Assembly: GCA_012295275.1 (NCBI GenBank)
Contig: CM022669.1
Span: 9,672,001-9,736,000, forward strand
Origin: Chrysomallon squamiferum
Taxonomy: Eukaryota > Animalia > Mollusca
Reading direction: 5' to 3'
DNA: 64,000 nt
Position numbers and translations under genes: made by a program. Shown one piece after another: positions 58,286 through 64,000 of the stretch (position 1 is the stretch's first letter; the number at the start of each line of letters is the position of its first letter). Below the pieces are notes generated by a model that was not told the DNA's origin, ran no database searches, and worked only from the letters and a program-made list of their open reading frames with translations.

Positions 58286-58327
<42 letters not shown>

Positions 58328-59528
58328 ATTTTTTTTTTTTTTTTTAAATTTTTAATAATTACCCTTTTCTAATATATAATGACAGGATAAACTTAAAGAT
58401 TTTTCTTTCTTTCTTTTTTAATTTTTTAATTATTACAGATGTTTTTGTGTTGTTGGTTTTTTTTCTTGATTTTAAGACTTGATCATGTTAGCAGATATAT
58501 GTCAAATATTAAGGCACTGATAAATAACTGTTTGAAATTACTGACATAAACAATTATTTTTTCAACAAATGTTACAATCCTAAAAGCATTTATTTTATAA
58601 TAAAAACACTTCTATAATACTGATATACATAATTCCTCTTACAACAAAAGTTTCTAAAACCTGACTTAATTAGCAATAAGAAAGAAAATGAAAGAAAAAT
58701 CCATAGAAAATATTTTGACGGATATATTATTTTTGTTCATTGTTTGCAAAATCAGTAAATTATAGGTTTGTAAATAATAAATGCGGATGTTTTTTCTCCC
58801 TGAAATTAACACTATAAAATTATAAAAAATACATAAACTAGAGTAAACTAAACTAAAAAAATAAATAAATAAATAAAATAAATAAAATAAAATAAAATAA
58901 AATAAAATAAAATAAAATAAAATTAATATAAAACAGATAATAAAAGATTAGTGAATATCAATAAAGTTTGCATCACAATAAATAATAAAATGGTAATATC
59001 TGTTGTACAGTGAGACAAGCAAAAATCAGATTAGAGAAGTTTTCAGTCTGAGATTAGTAAATATAATGGTATATGATAAATAAGGGAGTGTGCAATCAAC
59101 AAGTACCAGGGAATTCTGCTTTAGCAAGGGTCTTCTTTTGAGAAGTTTCATGATTTTTTTCTTTGTCAATATGTATCTGTATAAATATGTCATGTATATA
59201 TGTATCTGTATAAAGTCTCTGTGTATGAGTATATCAAAAGGTCAATGCAACACTGAAGATGAAACTAAACACAGAAAAACCTTCTTCTGAATATCTATAA
59301 ACAGATATATACTAATAAATAACAATCACCTTAAATGTATTCATTTAAAATAACAAAAATAACAATGACACGAGAATTTTACTGCTTAAAAAAAAATGGA
59401 TCCCTTTCTATGAAGCTTGTGCTGAAGTAACCAACTACCATTTATGTCAGAATTAAAAAAAAAAAAGAAAACATTTTTTAGTTACATTTACAGTTTCTCA
59501 GTTTGTATTTATCCATTTCTCTTGTTTT

Positions 59529-60084
59529 CTAAAGCTTCGAACGTGTCAGAAGTTTTGGATAAAATTCTCGTGTGATTGGAACGAACTGACGCAACTGCTG
59601 ATTGTAATAGTACAGCGGATCTTTGACCTTGTTGGGGTCGAAGCCCTCCTTAACGAGCTGAAATTTCTTTTGTTTGAAAGTTGCAGTCAGTGTTGCCTCC
59701 CTTTGAACTCTCAGAAATATTGGTCTTGCGTAACTTGGCAAGTTCTCCTCGCAGATCTTCACTAGACTGGCGAGGTTTTCTGCTGTCAGAGGTTTGTTAT
59801 TCTGCAGAGTTATGGCTGCCATGCCTGCCTGACCATCATGTCCTAGTTTTAAAAATTTGAAAAATTTCTGTTATTAAATAACAACAACAATAACAACAAT
59901 AAAAAAAAGAAGTAATAATGGTAGTAGCAAAATAATGATGATGACAGTAATAATAGTAATAGTTATAACAGTAGTAATACTAGTAATAGTAGTAGTAGTA
60001 ATAGTAATAATAATAATAATAACAGCAATAATACTAGTAATAATAATAATGATAATAATAATAATAATAACAGTAATAATACTA

Positions 60085-60117
<33 letters not shown>

Positions 60118-63100
60118 GTAATAATACTAGTAATAATAATAATAATAATAGTAATGATAATAGTAATGATAATAGTAATGTTAATAATAATATTAGTAAT
60201 AATAACAGTAATAATACTAGGAATTATAATAATAATGATAATAATAATAATAATTTTGGATGTACCTACTCAAGGATACCAGAGATTAGACCACAACATT
60301 GAATATATCACTGAAGGGAGATAACCTAATAACGAAGACTGAACATGCAACTGTTCAGCCAAAGGATAGTGCACCAGTCATTATCTAAACTTGCTAAAGA
60401 AAATTTATACAGTGAAACAAGTTTAGAATACATAGTATTTTTCACTTGGTTAAAACTTGCCTGGAACAGTGACACCATACACGTTAGCATCTTCAATAAA
60501 GTCAGCTTTTGTTAGAATATTTGCAACTTCTGTTGTCGAGACATTTTCTCCTTTCCATCTACAAATTAAAATATTTCTTAATTTTGGTTATTGTTGTTGA
60601 CTGAGGAGAGTAGTATAATAATTATGATATGTTGATGAAAGTTTTAAACTAAGAGCTATACAAACAAAAAAAAAAAAAAAAAAAAAAAAAAATTATATTA
60701 AAAAAGAAGACAAAGAGACAAGAAAATTGTTACATTTATCGTGAATTATATTTTTTCAGTAATGAAAACATTTGAGAAAAGACATTGCCCACCAGCAATA
60801 AACAATATTGGATCTTTGGTGATTTTCCAGTTTATTCACACACACATCCACACACATTTAGACAGATGACAAAGAGAGAGAAAAAGAGAATAACAATGAT
60901 TAAGTAAAATGCTTTTTAAAATTTGTAAATACATTTATATAACCATATATATATATAAAATGTTGTAATAAAAAAATGTGTGTATATATATAGATCATAC
61001 TATATATATATATATATATATATACAGAGCAGTTTTTTGGTTTATTTCTAAAGTGAAATGATAACTGAGGAAACAAATTTAATTATGTAGAAATTATTTG
61101 AAAATTTAACAAAAACTGATCAGTATCAACCTGAAAGTGTCTCCTGTTCGGTCTACAAAATACACAAAGTAGTTTTTGTCAAGATACAAGAGATCTCCAG
61201 AGTTGAAGTACAAATCTCCCTCTTTGAAAACATCTGCAATCAGCTTCTTTCTGTTGGCTTCATCTGACGCTTTGTAACAACGAAACTTTTCTCTGAACAA
61301 ATCAGGCACACTGCTGATAAACAGTCCAGTTTCACCTTGAAATACAGAGTTACTTTTATAATTAAAACAAAAAAAGAATTAATTTTATAATCAATAAAAG
61401 TTAATAAATAATTAATAAAAGATTCAATCCCAAAGAAACCAAAAATTAAAAACAAAGAATTAATGTTATAATAAATTAACATTAATATTTAACAGTCTAG
61501 TCTTATAATATGAAAAATAAATCTTAAAATAATTAAATGAATTAGTATTTGTTTAACAAAGTGATGTCCAATTCATTTTAAAACATAAAGCTTCAATGTT
61601 ACCACGAATGTTTATTTAATAAATTTATTTATATACAGAGTTTTCAAAGATTTGTTTTATTCTCATTCATGTTCTTTTCACAGATATTTTTAACAACTTT
61701 AATTCCGGTATTACCTGGACGTATTTCTATACAGTGGCCATTTTTGTTTCTCAGTGGCTCCGTTGTGTTGTAGTCAAACTTAACCAGTGTTGTGTGAAGA
61801 TCCCTTGGACGAAACAATCCCTGAATGAATTAAATAATGAATTAAAAGAATGAATGAATGGATGGATGGATGAATTGATGAATAAATATATAAAAAAAAA
61901 TGAGTTAAAGAATGAATGACTGTTTAAATGAATTAAAGAATGAATGCAAGAATGAATTAAATAATGAATGAATGATGAATAAATAAATAAAGAATGACTG
62001 ACCAAGTGACTGAATGAAAGAATAAATTAAATAATGGCTGAATGATTGAATGAATGAATGAATAGAAACATAACATAACATAACATAACATAACATAACA
62101 TAACATAACATAATATAATATAATCAATTATATCAAAATACTATTTTCTTCTTCAGTGACTCCTCTATAAATCAATTTCATTAATTTAAAAAATTGATGC
62201 TTCAAATTCACTTATTATATCTAAATGTAATGAAGGTTATGATAATATATATATATATATTTTTCTTTTCTTTCTGAATTACTTACAAGAAATGGAGACA
62301 GTCTTCCAATGGCTCCAGGTACGTTACAAGCATTGATCAACAGACCTGTACTTTCTGTGGCACTGTAAAACTCACAGATGTGGGGGATTTTGAATCGATG
62401 CTGGAACTCAAGCCAGATATCTTTTCTCAGTCCATTTCCAATAGCTGCCCTCACACAGTGAACTCCATCCAGCTTACTCTGTGAAAAACCAAGCAAATAT
62501 ATAGATATATATATATAATGACATATCAACATTTCTTAATATTAACATATAATCAAAATGTTTTCGTTTTTTTTAAATAATTAAATAACAAAATAAATTG
62601 TAAAAAAAAAAAAAAAAAAAAATGAAATGAAATGAAATAAAATAAAAAAAAAAAAAAAAAAAAAAATAAAAAAAAAAAAATAAAATAAAATAAAATAAAA
62701 TAAAATTAAATAAAAAATAAAATGAAATAATTAATAAAAATAAATAAAAAATAAAATAAATAAACAAATAACTGTTCATGGTAGTTGGAACCTCACTCTA
62801 TCCTACTCTGAGTCAGTCACATACACACACACACACTTACAAATTCACCAAATAACATCCACAACAAATATGCATGCACACACAAACATACCTTTGGCTG
62901 AATCAGAAGATATCGACAGAGCTCTCCAATGTACTGAATAACTGTAATCCTGTACTTTCGACAGTCATCCCAAAACCGAGAAGCTGAGAACTTTCTTCTT
63001 AAAAGAACTGTACCTCCTGAACACAAAAATAAATATAAATTTTATTTTTCCACCAACTTAACATATTTATTTAATTTTTATATGTTTGTGGCTCACATCT

Positions 63101-63799
63101 GCAGACACTTAGACATGCATATGCACACAGACACACATACACATATAAACACACATACAGACAGACACACATACACACACAAAAATGTAATGTATGTTTA
63201 AATGAACTACATACCAGACCAAATAGTTCCAAACATTCCCAGTACAGCTGAAGTGTGGTACAATGGCAGATTCACATACACTGTATCACTGGAGTTCACA
63301 TTCACCAGTTTAATACACAGAGAGAGACCAGTAAATTTGAACTGGGTGATTATGGCTGGTTTTGGAAGACCTTGAAAAATAATTAAAATTAAAACATTTT
63401 CAAAATCTACAAAAATATGTCTATCATTTATTTGAATATGTTGGAATAGTAAAAACAGATATTGCCTCCCTAGCCTGATAGGTAAACATTACTTGTTGTG
63501 TGTGATGTGTAGAAACATAAACAGAAAACAGAATTGTACACTTCTGCCTGGAATAGGAAAAAAACAACAATACTTGTACAGCTTAATGTATAGATAGATA
63601 ATAACAAACAGAACTGCAGTTGCGTACTTGCTGTGCATAATATGTAGATATACATAACAGAATTACAGTTGGGATGGAAAAGCAATGTATTTGCAGTCAC
63701 TTGTATACAGATAGACATGAAAACAAAATTATACTTATAGCTAACTGTATGGAAAGGAAAAAGAAACTGTTACCAACACTGTTTGATATATACATACAA

Positions 63800-63843
<44 letters not shown>

Positions 63844-64000
63844 TAAACAAAGGCTGGTAGCTAACTGGCTGAAATAGAAAAAGTATCTGCAGATACACAA
63901 AACAAAAATTACACTTGTAGCTAAGTGGTTGGATTGGAAAAATTAGCTGTACCTGTAGTTCCTGATGTGTAGATGTAACACACAGGACTCATTGTTTCTA
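59529..64000 (-). CDS. SLC27/FATP-family very-long-chain acyl-CoA synthetase (SLC27A2/A6-like), 5'-truncated by the window edge, 8 exons visible
   Basis: Exons (-): >64000-63953 (YIYTSGTT), 63370-63215 (GLPK...LPLYH), 63016-62892 ([12 protein letters not shown]...YIGELCRYL), 62478-62287 (GNGLRKDIW...EFYSATE), 61820-61715, 61335-61131 ([16 protein letters not shown]...DRTGDTFR), 60558-60461 ([11 protein letters not shown]...VYGVTVP) and 59842-59529 ([10 protein letters not shown]...[11 protein letters not shown]...RSKL*). All phases are consistent. Confidence 0.96.
59934..60255. repeat. Compound (AAT/AGT)n trinucleotide satellite with higher-order ACAGTAATAATACTAGTAATA units in the last FATP intron
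   Basis: Read directly. The ORF 59935-60324 is a poly-Ile artefact. Confidence 0.85.

Overview
AT-rich, microsatellite-dense eukaryotic (animal, invertebrate-like; mollusc/lophotrochozoan is only a guess) genomic DNA with spliceosomal introns. Most short ORFs in the track are simple-repeat artefacts. I read six protein-coding genes. Two are convergent, single-coding-exon orphan genes of near-identical length (gene A 22931-24218 +, gene B 29496-30759 -) that share short motifs. The others are a 3-exon MTHFS (42301-43949 +), a TRIM-NHL E3 ligase with an intronless CDS (45391-47412 -), a 3-exon IER3IP1/Yos1 missed by the ORF track (49114-50526 +), and the 3' eight exons of an SLC27/FATP very-long-chain acyl-CoA synthetase (59529->64000 -) with a GC-AG intron and a C-terminal SKL. 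The main oddity is that three consecutive genes (A, B, MTHFS) each need one +1 frame change to be full length, and in A and B it plausibly falls at a similar codon (~247 and ~257). Single-base homopolymer insertion errors in the assembly are the most likely cause, but recoding or real alleles are testable. Other observations: a CpG-rich to CpG-poor boundary near 49.3 kb, a 300-bp TA-flanked MITE, a polarised 38-bp minisatellite, decayed copies of an exon end and splice donor inside a FATP intron, and several small dispersed or inverted repeats.
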